NCBI GenBank assembly: GCA_963797555.1
Contig: CAWCPV010000006.1
Span: 64,001 to 128,000 of the forward strand
Source of the DNA: an uncultured Gammaproteobacteria bacterium
GTDB lineage: Bacteria > Pseudomonadota > Gammaproteobacteria > CAWCPV01
DNA: 64,000 nt
Direction of reading: 5' to 3'
The notes under the pieces: generated by a model
Databases searched by the model: none
The model's input: the letters and a program-made list of their open reading frames with translations, nothing else
Told to the model about the DNA's origin: nothing
Shown: in pieces, positions 49,849-61,370 of the stretch
Layout of the letters: the number at the start of each line of letters is the position of its first letter
How positions within the stretch are numbered: the first letter of the stretch is position 1
Made by a program: the position numbers and the translations under genes

Positions 49849-52297
49849 ACGGTCGTTTTTCTGCCCCCGGTCTCGACAGTCTCCCCCCTAACCCAGCCGT
49901 GATCAGCTAATACTTCCAGTGCGTCATCGGTGCCGGTGCGGTCTAGCAACCGCCAATGATGGCGGTATATCTCCCGAGCTGTGACTGGGCTTACCACGTC
50001 CCGGGCGAGGATGTGTTGAGCCAGCTCGCGTGCACAAGCTAAGTCGGGGTCCAGTGCCGTGGCGTATAGCCTTCTGGCATGGCATTCCAGGTACTCAGCC
50101 CACGCGATAGCAGCGACTAGCGGCGTCTCACCGACCGGTCCGGTGCCCATGTCGGCAAGATGGATCAGCAGTGCCAGCGACGGGATCAAGCTTCGATACT
50201 TCGCCAGGTGCGCCTCAAAGGCAACGTGCTCCTCTTCGTCCCTCAGCCTCTTTTCCAGCCCCGCGCGCCATGCGTTGAACACGCTTTGCGCGTCCTCAGC
50301 AAATCGCAGGAAGGGGATGCTGCCCTCTTCATGGGTCGCTCCGATGGCGGCCGGCACGAGGCTGTCCATCCGTGTGAACACATCCCACGCGGCACGCCTG
50401 GCCTCCGTGTCTGGCCAACGGTCCACATGGCGCCAATCACCAGATACGTCGGGCCAGACAACGAGCTGAAAACGCTGCAAGAGACCGTCGTCTCCTACGC
50501 CTCCGGCGAGCGCACCACGCAGGTATTCTTGCAGGGGGCCAGGCTGAATGCCCCCGAGAACAGAAACGCAACACGACTCGATGTCGATAGTGCCGCGTCC
50601 AATTCGGTCAAACGTATAACGCCCGCTGCCGTTCCACGCCTCTAGAAAAAATGCCCGAGAACACTCCCAGCCCTCCCGGTCCAAAGATCGCAGCAGCCCA
50701 GTCAGCTCGTCGCGGAACAGCAGCAAGCCCCGCGGGTTTGCAGCCAGAAGTTCGCCCAGCGCCTCGACCGTGCTGTCGTTCGCTACGTATCGGCAGCGCC
50801 GGGGCGGGCCTTCCTCGTCAACCGTCGCTGCGGTCGCAAGTCGGTATGCTTCCTCTTCGTCGCCTCGCTTCAATGCCGAGTCAATGGCTTTTTGAGCCTT
50901 CTTCGCGGCTGACTTGTCCACCACTGAGCCGGCCTTGCTGCGAAGCAACGCCTCGTCGTATGTCTCCTTGGCGACGTGCTCCAGACGGAGAAGAGGCCGC
51001 GTCGCCTCGGCAAGCGCTGGGGTCTTGAGAAGCCCCGGCCGACCGATGACGCCACCCCATAAATTTGGGATGACTAGCCAATCATCGCGCCGCTTTGGAC
51101 GAATACCGATCTGCCGGCCGACAACCGCAGCGAGCGACACCATGGATGCCACGGCAGGAAAGTCCGGGGGGCATTGCATCCTCTCCGCAATGTCCTCCAC
51201 CCATGGGCGGAACGCGTCTGGCATCAAGATCGGGTCGAAGCTCGGCACGCTGGGCAGACCATCAGGGAGCGGCTCTGGGTTGGGCCAGTCAAGATGATCC
51301 GCCCCGTTCGCCCGTTGGTCAGTGCCGTTCGCCCGCAGTCCTAGCCTCTGGGCCAGCCACTGCGCCGCGGCCTTGGGCGCGCTGGCGCTGCCGAACCGCA
51401 GCACGACATCGATAGGCGTCAGTCCGTCCTCTTCCCCAAAGTCTCGGATACCCTGGGGCAGCAGGCTCAAGTCCTCCTCCAGGTCGCGTCCCAGGTCCTT
51501 CGACGAGACTCGATACCCGTCCTGATGCGCGCGCACTGGGGAACAGCTCCGGTGCCCACGCACTCGAGATCCGCCAGCGCGAGCGCGTTCACCCGCGCGA
51601 ACCAGTCCAGCGGTCCCCTGGGGCCGGCAGCCTGGTGCCGCTCCTCCTTCGGTGCCTCCGCGAGCAGGGCTTCCACGTCAACGGGGCCGCCCTCGAAGCG
51701 GTAGACATCGGCCTGGAGTGGTGGGCAGTAGAGGGGCTGCGCCGGCCTGTAGACGGCGCGGTCCCACTTGAAGCATCCGCCTCCCAGCTCCCGCTCGATG
51801 CGGGCCTCGATGGCGATACACACTCGCTCGGCCTCGGCGGGGGTCATCTCCCGGTCGGTCTCCAGAACGAACCTGCACCTGGGGGAAACGGCGGTGTGAC
51901 TGGCGGTCGTGTAGGCGAACCCCTGGGACCGCTGCAGCCAGGAAACCAGCGCCGCGAAGCCCTCGGGGTCCGTCCCGTCGACATCGAAAGCGACGAAGCG
52001 CCGTGGCAGGGCGTCGTCTTTGCAGCGGTGGTGCCTTCCGTCTCCGTTCGCGCGGAAGGGGCCGCAGATGTACTGCCTGCCCTTCGCTCGCGCACGGTCG
52101 GCCAGCACGGTGGACGCGAACTCAGCGAACGTGCTGGCAGTGCGCTGAATAGGGTAGGCGTCGGTCTTGCTGCCACCGCGGGAGTATCGAACCGTGCTAT
52201 CCTGCGGTGTGTCTGTGTCGTCCCCTGCGGCCTCGTCCGGTGCCCTCCGGTCGGGGCCGCGCTCGTTTGGGGGTCCAGCTCGGGGCGGGGCGGTCAT
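49821..52297 (-). CDS. AEP primase-polymerase fused to DUF3987 (YfjI-like) domain; 1-nt frameshift at ~51555
   Basis: AEP-like motifs AFDVDG, YTTASH, RFV, WDR in 51467..52297. DUF3987 motifs QCPPDF, PNLWGGVIG.PG..KTP, DEL, GGIQP, DGLLQRF in 49821..51563. Confidence 0.75.
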
Positions 52298-52298
52298 G

Positions 52299-54523
52299 TC
52301 ACGCAGCCTCGCCCGCGTCGAAGCGCCGCGTCCGCCGCGCTAAAAGCGCGTTAAGGTCACTCAGACGGTACTGACAGGTCCGCCCCACGCGGATGTAAGG
52401 CAACGCGTTGCGGCCGCTCGATGCCCAAAGCTCTAGGGTTCGAACCGGAACGCGGAGATACTTTGCGGCTTCTTCGCGAGTTAGCCCGACTTCGCGGATT
52501 CGCACGGCGATTGGCCCGCTGGCCAGGGGTAAGTGATTGTTTGTGGGGACCGTGGTGAGCCAAAAAGGGTTGAAACGCGCTGTAGTGAAGACCTTGCTTG
52601 TTTTCAAGGGGAAAAATCTGCGGATAATGATGTTCCATCATGTTTCTACGGGCCACGACGCGGAAGAAAGACGGCAAGGAGCACCGTTACTGGAGTATTG
52701 TCGAGAATAGGCGCCTGAGCGGTGGGCGCGTGCTGCAACGGCATGTGCTGTATTTGGGTGAGATCAACTCCTCGCAGGAGTTGGCGTGGCGCAAATCCAT
52801 TGAGGTGTTCGAAGACGGGGCGCTGACACCGCGCACGATGTCGTTGTTTCCCGAGGAGCGATCTGAAGAGCTGTCGAGGGATGCTTCGGTGGTACGTTTG
52901 CGGCTGAAAGAATTGCGGCTGTGCCGACCGCGGCAGTGGGGTGCGTGTTGGCTGGCGCTGCAACTGTGGGAGGAATTGCAGTTAGATCGCTTCTGGTGGG
53001 AACGGTTAACGCCGAGTCGCAAGGGCACTCGGTGGGATCAGGTGTTATTCGTGCTCGTGGCCTATCGGTTGCTGGCACCGGGCAGCGAGTGGCGGTTGCA
53101 CCGGGAGTGGTTTGGCCGTACGGCCTTGACGGATTTGCTCGGAGCGGATGCGGCGCTCTCCGACAGCCACCGGCTGTATGTCTGTCACGACCGCTTGCTG
53201 GAGCACAAGGCGGCGGTCTTTGACCATCTGGTGCGGCGGTGGCGGGATCTGTTCAATGCCACCTTCGAGGTGCTGCTCTACGACCTCACGAGCACCTACT
53301 TTGAGTGTGAGCCCCCGCAGTCGGAGCAGGACAAACGACGATTCGGCCACTCGCGCGATAAGCGCAGGGACTGTGTGCAGGTGGTGATCGCCTGGGTGGT
53401 GACCCCGGAAGGCTTGCCCTTGGCCTATGAAGTGTTGGCGGGCAATACGGCCGACAAGACGACGTTGAAGGAGTTCCTCGCGCGCATTGAGCGTCAGTAC
53501 GGAAGAGCGCAGCGGATTTGGGTGATGGACCGCGGCATTCCGACCGAAGCGGTGCTGGAAGAGATGCGCGCAAGTCGCCCGCCAGTGCACTGACCTGGTG
53601 GGCACGCCCAAGGGGCGGCTCAGCAAATTGGAGAGCGCGCTGCTGCTCAAGCCGTGGCGGGAAGCGCGCCCCGGCGTAGCCGTGAAACTGTTGGCGCAGG
53701 ATGGGGAGCTGTATGTGTACGCGCAAAGTGAACAGCGCGTGGCGAAGGAGCGTGCGATACGACGGCGCAAGCTGAAGTGGTTATGGGCGCGGTTGAAGAA
53801 ACTCGCGACCATGCAGCTCACCCGCGAGCAACTGCTGATGAAGCTCGGTGCGGCGCGCCAACACGGCCCAGCGGTATGGCGCTTGGTTCAACTGGAGGTC
53901 GACCCCAAGGACGCCACGTTTAGCTACCGCCTGCGCCGCGATAAGCTGCGTGAAGTGCGCCGGCGCGAAGGACGGTATCTGCTGCGCACCAATCTCACCG
54001 ACACCGATCCCGCCAAGCTATGGGGGTTTTACCTGCAACTGGTGGCGGTGGAAGAAGCGTTCAAGAATCTCAAGGGGGATTTGGCCATTCGGCCAATCTT
54101 TCATCAACACATCGAGCGTATCGAAGCCCATATCTTCATTGCCTTTCTTGCCTATTGTCTGCATGTCACGCTCGGGCGACGTTTGCATGCGCTCGCGCCT
54201 GGATTAACCACGCGCAGCGTGCTGGAGAAATTCGCCGCCGTGCAGATGGTCGACGCACAGGTGCCGACCACCGATGGGCGCGAATTGACGTTCACCCGCT
54301 ACACCCAACCTGAGCCAGAACTGCAACTGCTCCTCGCGCAGTTGAAGCTCGAACTGCCCGCACCACCAGCTCCGAAAATCAGCACCGCCCACACTGCCTC
54401 AGCCGCCGCGATGTAGTGCAGACCTTGCCAGGCGCCCTCTCGCAATTTCAACCACTTACGCTATCCCTACCCCGCGAATCCGCGAAGTCGGGCTAGGCGC
54501 GGGTCCGGGTCAACGAAAGGCAT
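52299..54523 (-). pseudogene. Excisionase/AlpA-like HTH gene split by IS1634
   Basis: Removing the IS restores MPFVDPDPRL-TREEAAKYLRVPVRTLELWASSG...LPYIRVGRTCQYRLSDL in frame; GAGGTG RBS upstream of ATG54523. Confidence 0.8.
52484..54493 (+). mobile_element. IS1634-family element; transposase 52640..54416 with a 1-nt frameshift at ~53591
   Basis: Perfect inverted repeats GCCCGACTTCGCGGATTCGC and GCGAATCCGCGAAGTCGGGC; LYDLTSTYFE, GHSRDKRRD, VMDRG, VEEAFKNLK..LAIRPIFH. Confidence 0.92.
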
Positions 54524-54589
54524 TTTTGCTCACCTCACGGGCTGTCAACTTGCGGTGAGATGAGTAAAACAGCGAAGGCGGCCTTGAAC

Positions 54590-55243
54590 TTAGCTCGTGT
54601 CCGTTTTTTTGTTGAGAATGCGCCGAACCTGGCGCACGCTCTTGTCCACGCGGCGTGCAATTTTTGACGCCCACTCGTGACGTGGGGTCGTTCCTGCCCG
54701 CTCGAAGGCTCCGGCCGCGTTCAGGACGCGGGCCTCGGTGTTCCTGCCCCGCACGATGCCGGCGTTGACCCCCCCTTTGTGGCGCCCTGTTTGCACGCGA
54801 CGCCCGTGCCCCGCGTTGGTCTCGTGGGGCCTGACATGAGCCCTGCCCACTGCGAGCCCCAGGTTGACCGCAAGATGAGCGAGCAACCTCCGGTCCGCTG
54901 CGCGGTCCCCGATGGCCTGCTTGACGTGCTCGCAGCCCTCTAACACATCCCTGGCGTCGCGGCCTTCGTCGGGTAGGCTCGTCCGGTCCAGGGTCCGCCA
55001 CAGCCGGGCGTCATAGCCGAGACGCTCAAGCCTTCGTCTGGCCTCTGCCTCCCAGGAGGCCAGGATAGCGGGAAACCGTGCGGCGCTGGTCTCGTTGAAC
55101 TGCCTCAGCGCCTCTTCCCTGTCGTGCTCCCGCTCCCGCCACTTCTTCCACCAGCGCTTGGGTGTCGCCGGCCACTTCTCTAACGGCTCCGGGCCAAGCG
55201 GCTCGGTTTGCTCCTCGAAGAACTCAGAAACGCGCCGGGTCAT
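54590..55243 (-). CDS. Hypothetical protein downstream of integrase, possible C-terminal HTH
   Basis: ATGA overlap with the integrase stop; C-terminal ASKIARRVDKSVRQVRRIL. Confidence 0.6.
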   Translation of the reverse strand: MTRRVSEFFEEQTEPLGPEPLEKWPATPKRWWKKWREREHDREEALRQFNETSAARFPAILASWEAEARRRLERLGYDARLWRTLDRTSLPDEGRDARDVLEGCEHVKQAIGDRAADRRLLAHLAVNLGLAVGRAHVRPHETNAGHGRRVQTGRHKGGVNAGIVRGRNTEARVLNAAGAFERAGTTPRHEWASKIARRVDKSVRQVRRILNKKTDTS

Positions 55244-56400
55244 GTGCCGGTCTTGATGTCTTGCACGTCGGCGATCGGCAGCACGCCCGCGGCGGCCAGC
55301 ATGGCGCGGGTGGCCTTCTCGAGGGACGCCCGCACTGGGTCCAGGTTCAGCCTGGCGTAAATGGCGGTGGTGCTGACGTTCGAGTGCCCCAGGCTCTTGC
55401 CGATAGTGACGAGGCTTGCCCCGGTGGCGGCCTGCCAGCTCCCGAGCGACCGGCGCAAGTCATGAAGGTGCAGGTCCTCGACGCCCGCACGTTTCTTGAC
55501 CGCTACCCATGCCCGCTTGGGCTCGACCATGTGCCCGGTCTTGCCCCGGCTCGGGAAGATCCACGGGCTGTCCCCGGCGAACACGCGGCGAGTTTCGAGT
55601 ACCGCGACGGCCTCCGCTACCAACGGGACCGTCAGGGCCTCGCCGGTCTTGGTCTGCGGGATGCGCCAGGTGGCCTCTTCGATCCGCACGTCTTCCCAGC
55701 GCATGGCGAGCACGTTGCTGCGCCGGGCGCCGGTCAGCAGAGCGAGCAACAGGAAGTCGCGCGTGTCCCGCGGGGCCTGCGCGACGGCCTCGAAGAACCG
55801 GGGAAGCTCGCTCGGCTGCAGAAAACGATCGCGGGAGCGCTCCCGGAACTTGGTGACTCCTTCGGCCGGGTTGTCACCCTTCCACAGCTCCCAGGCGATG
55901 GCGCGGTTGAACATGGCCCGCAGCATGGAAACGGTCTTGTTGGCGGTGGTGTGTCCCTCTCCCGCCCCAGGCGCATATGCAGCGCCCGCACCTCGGAACG
56001 GCTGATGGCGGAAAGCTTCCGGCTCGCCCACGGGGCGAGGTACAGGCCCCAGTAGCTCTCGGGGTTCTTGGTCCGCTTGCCTTGAGCCTTGATGTGCTCT
56101 TCGAGGTATTGCTGGTATAGCTCCCCCAGGGTCAGCTCTGCCCGCTTGGCGCGCAGGGCGGCCTGCGGGTTGTCCCCCGAGGCGATGGCGCCGTTCAGCT
56201 TCTCGGCTCTTTGGCGTGCCAGGAATACCGTCATGGCGGGCCAGCGCCCGAGCAGCACGCGCTCGGGCTTACCGTCCAGCTTGCGGTAGAGATAGAAGCT
56301 CTTGGCGCCGCTCGGCTGCACACACAACGCCAGGTGCGGCGTCTTGGAGTCGTAGAAGTAAGTGCGCACCGGGTCGGGGGCGAGCGCCTTGACCACTGAG
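55240..56400 (-). CDS. P4-like tyrosine integrase; frameshift at ~55950, start uncertain
   Basis: Arm-binding N-terminus (YDSKTPHLALCVQPSGAKSF...LGRWPAMT), catalytic TGARRSNV, HDLRR, LGH, TTAIYAR. Confidence 0.88.
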
Positions 56401-57249
56401 ATACCGGCACTTGAGGAGATGGGAGGCCGTCGAGTGCGCCAAGGGGGATCTGGAGGAACCATGTCCGGGTACCCTCACTTTAATCTTCCGTGAAACGCAA
56501 TGGATGAGTACTCTCTGGAATCGTTCGAGCACTATATTGAACTGGTAGGGCACGGATCGCCAGGTAAACTGCGGTTGTTTCGCGGTCAATCCACGGATGA
56601 ACCTCTGCTTCCCAAATTGGCTCGCTTGCGACTGCGCTCTGCTATAAGAATAGAAATAGCAGAAAAACGCATGTATGAGGATTTCAGACGAAGAAGTCTT
56701 CCGTTTCTGGAACATGTGCCAAGTACTACATGGGATTGGCTGGCATTGATGCAACACTCATGGACTGGCCACCCGCCTTCTTGATTGGACGGCAAACCCG
56801 CATGCCGCGCTGTGGTTTGCAACGGAAAAGGGCTCTTTCGGTAATTGTGTGGATCGTGGTGGTCGAGTAGCATCCGTTCTGAGCAATCGTCTATCACAAC
56901 ATCTTGTGGTTGGGCCTGTGGGGTTGTGGGCGAGAGGCCCGCGAGTGTGGGCAACCGGGAGGTTGTCCACACGGTCCTTGGGACGCGGGCCGCTCCGCAG
57001 GACTCGTCCACAAATCCACAGGCCATCAAGGGGGGAGCGCCATGGAGCCAACGCATCTATTCACGACGGCACTGGGCCTCACGGCGCCTTGGGAAGTCAC
57101 CAGCGTACGCTTTGACCCCGAGGCTGGGCGCATCGACCTCGAGGTGGCCTTTGCCAAGGGGAGCCGCTTCGCCTGCCCGGCGTGCGGAGCGCCAGGCCAG
57201 CCGGTGCATGATACCCGCAAGCGCAGCTGGCAGCACCTGAGCTTCTTTA

Positions 57250-58351
57250 CTAAGTCCATTTTAAGTAAAGCCATATGTTGGTACAATGGGGGCATGAAAT
57301 GCAAGCGCGAATCGGACGGGCGCAAGCTCGATCATAGGAGCCTGCAGGTGCTGCGCCAGCAAGCCGTGAAAGCGGTGCGTCACGGACAGACGGTACAGAG
57401 CGTAGCGCAGGCCTTCGGGTTGAACATTCGCACCGTGTTTCGCTGGCTCTCGGCATTTGCCTCGGGGGGACAGAACGCGCTGTTGGCCAAGCCGATCCCG
57501 GGCCGCCCGCCGCTGCTTGGCGCCGAGGAGATGCGCTGGCTGGCGGGGGCGGTGCGCGAGCACACGCCGCAGCAGTTCCGATTCGAGTTTGCGCTGTGGA
57601 CCCTGCCGCTCATCGGCAGGTTGATCGAGCGGCGGTTCAACAAGCGCCTTTCGGACTCCGCCGTCAGGCGGGTGATGCGGGTGCTGGGATTCACTGCCCA
57701 GAAGCCGCTCTACCGTGCCTGGCAGCGCGATCCGGTGCTGGTCGAGCGCTGGCAGAAAGAGCAATTTCCCGCCATCCAGGCCGAGGCCAAGCGCGTGGGG
57801 GCAACCATCTACTTTGGGGATGAGTCGGGGATGCGCTCCGACTACCACGCCGGCACCACTTGGGCGCCGATGGGCAAGACCCCGGTGGTCGCGGTGACCG
57901 GGGCGCGGTTCTCGCTCGCCATGCTCTCGGCGGTGAGCGCCCGCGGGGGCTTGCGCTTCATGGTGCACGAGGGGACGGTGACCGCCGCGGTGTTCAAGGA
58001 ATTCCTCAAGCGCCTGCTGGTGGGCGCCACCCGGCCGGTCTTCCTCATCGTCGATGGCCATCCCATCCACAAGGCACGATTGATCCAGGACTTCATCGGC
58101 GAACAGAACGGGCGCCTTAAGCTGTTCTTCCTCCCCCCGTACTCGCCCCAACTCAATCCCGACGAACAGGTTTGGGGGCATGTGAAAGCCCGCGTCGCCA
58201 AGCGCCGGGTGGAAAGCAAAGAGGATCTCAAGAGCAAACTCCTCGGTGCTTTGCGCCGGCTCCAGAAGCTGCCAGAAATCGTCAAAGGCTTTTTCATGCA
58301 TCCGCATTGCTGCTACGCTGTCTGATATGGCCTTACTTAAGAAAGGATTAG
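57250..58351 (+). mobile_element. IS630-family element nested in ISL3
   Basis: Inverted ends CTAAGTCCATTTTAAGTAAAGCCATAT and ATATGGCCTTACTTAAGAAAGGATTAG; TA duplicated; the empty site CTTTAAGTCACG is visible in the other ISL3 copy (~21960). Confidence 0.94.
57294..58325 (+). CDS. IS630-family transposase
   Basis: HTH, YFGDESG, IVDGHPIH, LPPYSPQLNPDEQVW. Confidence 0.94.
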   Translation: MKCKRESDGRKLDHRSLQVLRQQAVKAVRHGQTVQSVAQAFGLNIRTVFRWLSAFASGGQNALLAKPIPGRPPLLGAEEMRWLAGAVREHTPQQFRFEFALWTLPLIGRLIERRFNKRLSDSAVRRVMRVLGFTAQKPLYRAWQRDPVLVERWQKEQFPAIQAEAKRVGATIYFGDESGMRSDYHAGTTWAPMGKTPVVAVTGARFSLAMLSAVSARGGLRFMVHEGTVTAAVFKEFLKRLLVGATRPVFLIVDGHPIHKARLIQDFIGEQNGRLKLFFLPPYSPQLNPDEQVWGHVKARVAKRRVESKEDLKSKLLGALRRLQKLPEIVKGFFMHPHCCYAV

Positions 58352-60263
58352 TAAGTCACGGGCAGACCTGCACGCGCATCTGCCGCGAGTGCGCTGTGAG
58401 AGCTGCGGCAAGACGACTCAGGTCGAGCCGCCGTGGGCGCGCGCACACAGTGGCTTCACGGCGCTGATGGAGGCACTGGTGGTGACGCTGTGCCAGGCGA
58501 TGCCGGTGGCGACCGTCGCCCGGCACCTGGGCGTGGGCGATGAGCGCCTGTGGGGGGTGCTCGAGCACTACGTGGAGGCGGCCCGCGCCTAGGAGGACCA
58601 CTCCCCGGTGCGCGCCGTGGGCCTGGACGAGACCGCCGCCCGGCGTGGGCAGCACTACATCAGCCTGTTCCATGACCTCACGGGCAAACGCCTGCTGTTC
58701 GCCTGCGAGGGCCGCGACCAGAGCACCGTGGCGGCCTTTGCCGCCGACCTCCAGGCGCACGGGGGCGACCCGCAGGCCATCGAGCAGGTGTGCATCGACC
58801 TGTCCGCCGCTTATCTCGCCGGGGTGACCAAGCATCTGCCTAAAGCCACGGTGAGCTTCGATGCCTTCCATGTCATCCAGCTCGCCAACCAGGCCGTCGA
58901 TACAGTGCGCCGCGAGGAGGTCAAGACCGAGCCCGCCCTCAGGGGCACCCGCTGGACCTGGCTCAAAGACGCCCACGACTGGACCTGGGAGCAGCTCACC
59001 GACTTTCACTGGCTCTCCCGCGCCCGCCTCAAGACCGCCCGCGCCTGGCGCCTCAAGGAGGCGCTGCGCGATATCTACGCCACGGCCAGCACCCTCGAGC
59101 AGGCCGAGACCGCGCTCACGCGCTGGTATAGCTGGGCACGGCGTAGCCGCCTGCAACCCATGAAACACCTCGCTGCCACTCTGAAAGACCACTGGGACGG
59201 TGTGCTCGCCGCGTTCGACTCCGGCCTCACCAACGGCCGCGCCGAGGGCATCAACTCCCTCATCCAGGCCGCCAAAGCCCGCGCCCGGGGCTACCGCACC
59301 ACGCGCTCGCTCATCACCATCGCCTACCTCATCGCGGGCAACCTGGCCCACTTGCCGGCCTCGCCGTTCAACACACGATCTTGTGTCAGACCTCAGGCAG
59401 AGGCTGCCGCAGCGTAAGCATATCTACCCACACGATTCCGGTAAGAACCCGGAAAAGCCACCGAAGAAAGACAAGAACGATGAACCAAGGTCGGGCGTGG
59501 TTTGGGTATTTCGACCCGCTGGTCCAGATATGGTTGATATCGCGAAATCACGAGATCCCTTTCAAGCCACGCGAACGCAGGTATTTCAGCCAAGCCATAT
59601 CACTCGCCGCATCATTGCGCAATTCGGTTGGTTTACGGCACACAAACTCATAGACGGAGAGAAGATTGTGCCACTGGAGGACAATGGCCTCTACGAGAAG
59701 AAGCTAACGAAAATAATGATCCAACCGGAAATGTTTTCGAAGATGAGATCTACGTTAAATATATTTGGCATAAATTCAGGCGTGCTATTTCCAGACCTTG
59801 TTGGTTTGTGTGAAGCCATACAATGGGAAAGCTCTTGTTTGGAAGACGAAAAGCCAGGACTACGCAAACCAGTGCTATTCTTTCAAAGCGATGGGCCGAT
59901 AAAAATCCGCCGTAAGCCCCGGCCGACGCGGATAAAGCTGCGGCCGATCAGGGGGTAGCACGCAAAGAGGAACCGCCCGCGCCGGGGTCCGGGATTTCGG
60001 TCGCCCCGCCATGCCACATGCGGTGGCTGGCGTCTCACGCGGGCTACGATGGTGTTACGCTCGCACGTCCACGCTTACCCTGCTCTTCCTCGACTTCCCT
60101 GACGAGCGCTCGCGCTCAGCCCAATGCGGCCAGTATTTCCAGGGGTGACGCCAGGATGGCCGCTTTCCGGCCGTGAGGGACGCGAACGGGGGTGGGGCGG
60201 GGGACTTATGGGCGGGCGTGGGGTTAGGGGAGTAATTATTGCGGAATACGAATGCAGACTACC

Positions 60264-60303
60264 AAAAAAAGCCCCCAGAGTTCGTCTGGGGGCACTTTTT
60301 TTT
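60264..60303. terminator. Bidirectional intrinsic terminator
   Basis: A7-GCCCCCAGA-GTTCG-TCTGGGGGC-AC-T8, just downstream of dsrE2. Confidence 0.85.
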
Positions 60304-60319
60304 AAGTGCGCAGCAGCCC

Positions 60320-60800
60320 TCAGATGAACAAGCAGATATCGGATTCGCCGGCAAACTCGAAAAACGTCGCGGCGCCACCGTACTCGATTCCATCGATGAA
60401 TTCGCTCGGGTTCATGTCGAACAGGTCAACGGTCATCTGACAGGCGATGAGCTTGAACGTCCGCCTCGATACATAGACCTCGCAACTCCTCGACACTGGC
60501 GACACCCTTGGACTTCATCTTCTGCTTCATCATGGCTGTCATCATCGACTGCATACCGGGCAGCGCAGTCAACAGGACTGGAAACCACTTGTCCATGCCC
60601 ATCGGCATCGGCATGCCGGGGTTGCCGAGGGGGGTCACCTGCAGGTTGAGCTTCTTGCGCAGGAGCTGCAGCCCGTAGAAGGTGAAGAATACCTGGGTCT
60701 CGTAGCCAAGCGCCGCGGCGGTGGACGCGAGGATGAACGGCGGATAGGCCCAGTCCAAAGAACCCTTGGTGGCGATGATGGCCAGTTTCTTCTCCGACAT
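60320..60800 (-). CDS. dsrE2: DsrE2-like sulfur relay protein; 1-nt frameshift at ~60460
   Basis: TKGSLDWAYPPFILASTAAALG..FFTFYGL; C-terminus KLIACQMTVDLF...GAATF in the adjacent frame. Confidence 0.85.
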
Positions 60801-60810
60801 GGCAGACCTC

Positions 60811-61041
60811 CTATTTCTTCCTCAGCAGAAAATAGAACTTGCCCCCTTCTTCGCGGGACTCGATCAACTGGTTTCCAGTCTGCTTCGCGAACGCCTCGAA
60901 GTCTTTCACCGAGCCCGGATCGGTCGCGATCACGTGGAGCGTCTGCCCGCTCTGCAACTCCCCCAGTGCCTTCTTGGTACGGAGCACCGGCAGGGGGCAG
61001 TTGAGACCGGAAGCGTCAAGCTCCTTGTCAAAGTCAGCCAT
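60811..61041 (-). CDS. tusA: Sulfur carrier protein TusA
   Basis: LDASGLNCPLPV, ATDPGSVKDF; 76 aa; AAGGAGGAG RBS. Confidence 0.93.
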   Translation of the reverse strand: MADFDKELDASGLNCPLPVLRTKKALGELQSGQTLHVIATDPGSVKDFEAFAKQTGNQLIESREEGGKFYFLLRKK

Positions 61042-61370
61042 CGTCTTCTCCTCCTTGGGTAAGGGTTTAACAGCAGTGGTCGATGCTGGCGGTCTTTCCC
61101 GCCAGCCCCATCGGGCATCTCGGGCAGCCCACCGGGAGCCGCATCCTCTTCGGAACGCGCGAATAGCCGCATTGCGCGAGAAATGCCTTGTTTGTACCCC
61201 AAAAGCACGCGTCTTGTCAATATTAAAATATTGTTATATGGTTTCAAGCAGGGGCGCTCCGCCTTGCACTGGCCTGATGACCGGCAACCGGTGGGCAAGC
61301 GAGACTTGACCCGCCACACCCGTTACACTAACCGCTAACCGTACATACCACCGCGGGTGGTCGGCGGGCT

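Larger units (their letters stand above)
56831..59449 (+). mobile_element. ISL3-family element, inactivated by IS630 insertion and an in-frame TAG at ~58590
   Basis: Ends GGCTCTTTCGGTAATTGTGTGG and CCACACGATTCCGGTAAGAACC; 8-bp duplication CGGAAAAG at 56823-56830 and 59450-59457; TNGRAEGINSLIQ..K.RARGYR. Confidence 0.94.
56500..59958 (+). pseudogene. FRG-domain protein interrupted by ISL3
   Basis: LFRGQ...LLPKLAR...LALMQH-HGLATRLLDWT.NP..ALWFA before the IS; RIIAQFGWFT and GINSGVLFPDL after it; lower GC. Confidence 0.88.
42156..60150. mobile_element. PICI-like phage satellite / genomic island next to tRNA-Arg (right boundary approximate)
   Basis: Integrase, excisionase, primpol-DUF3987, TerS-like and capsid genes co-oriented on the minus strand between the tRNA and dsrE2; no clear attR found. 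Confidence 0.72.

Noticed and set aside
56904-57293. 473-aa ORF as a novel ISL3-IS630 fusion transposase
   Set aside because: Chance in-frame read-through from the interrupted ISL3 gene into the nested IS630, whose own start is ATG57294.
42156-60150. Complete prophage
   Set aside because: No large terminase, portal, tail or lysis genes were found.
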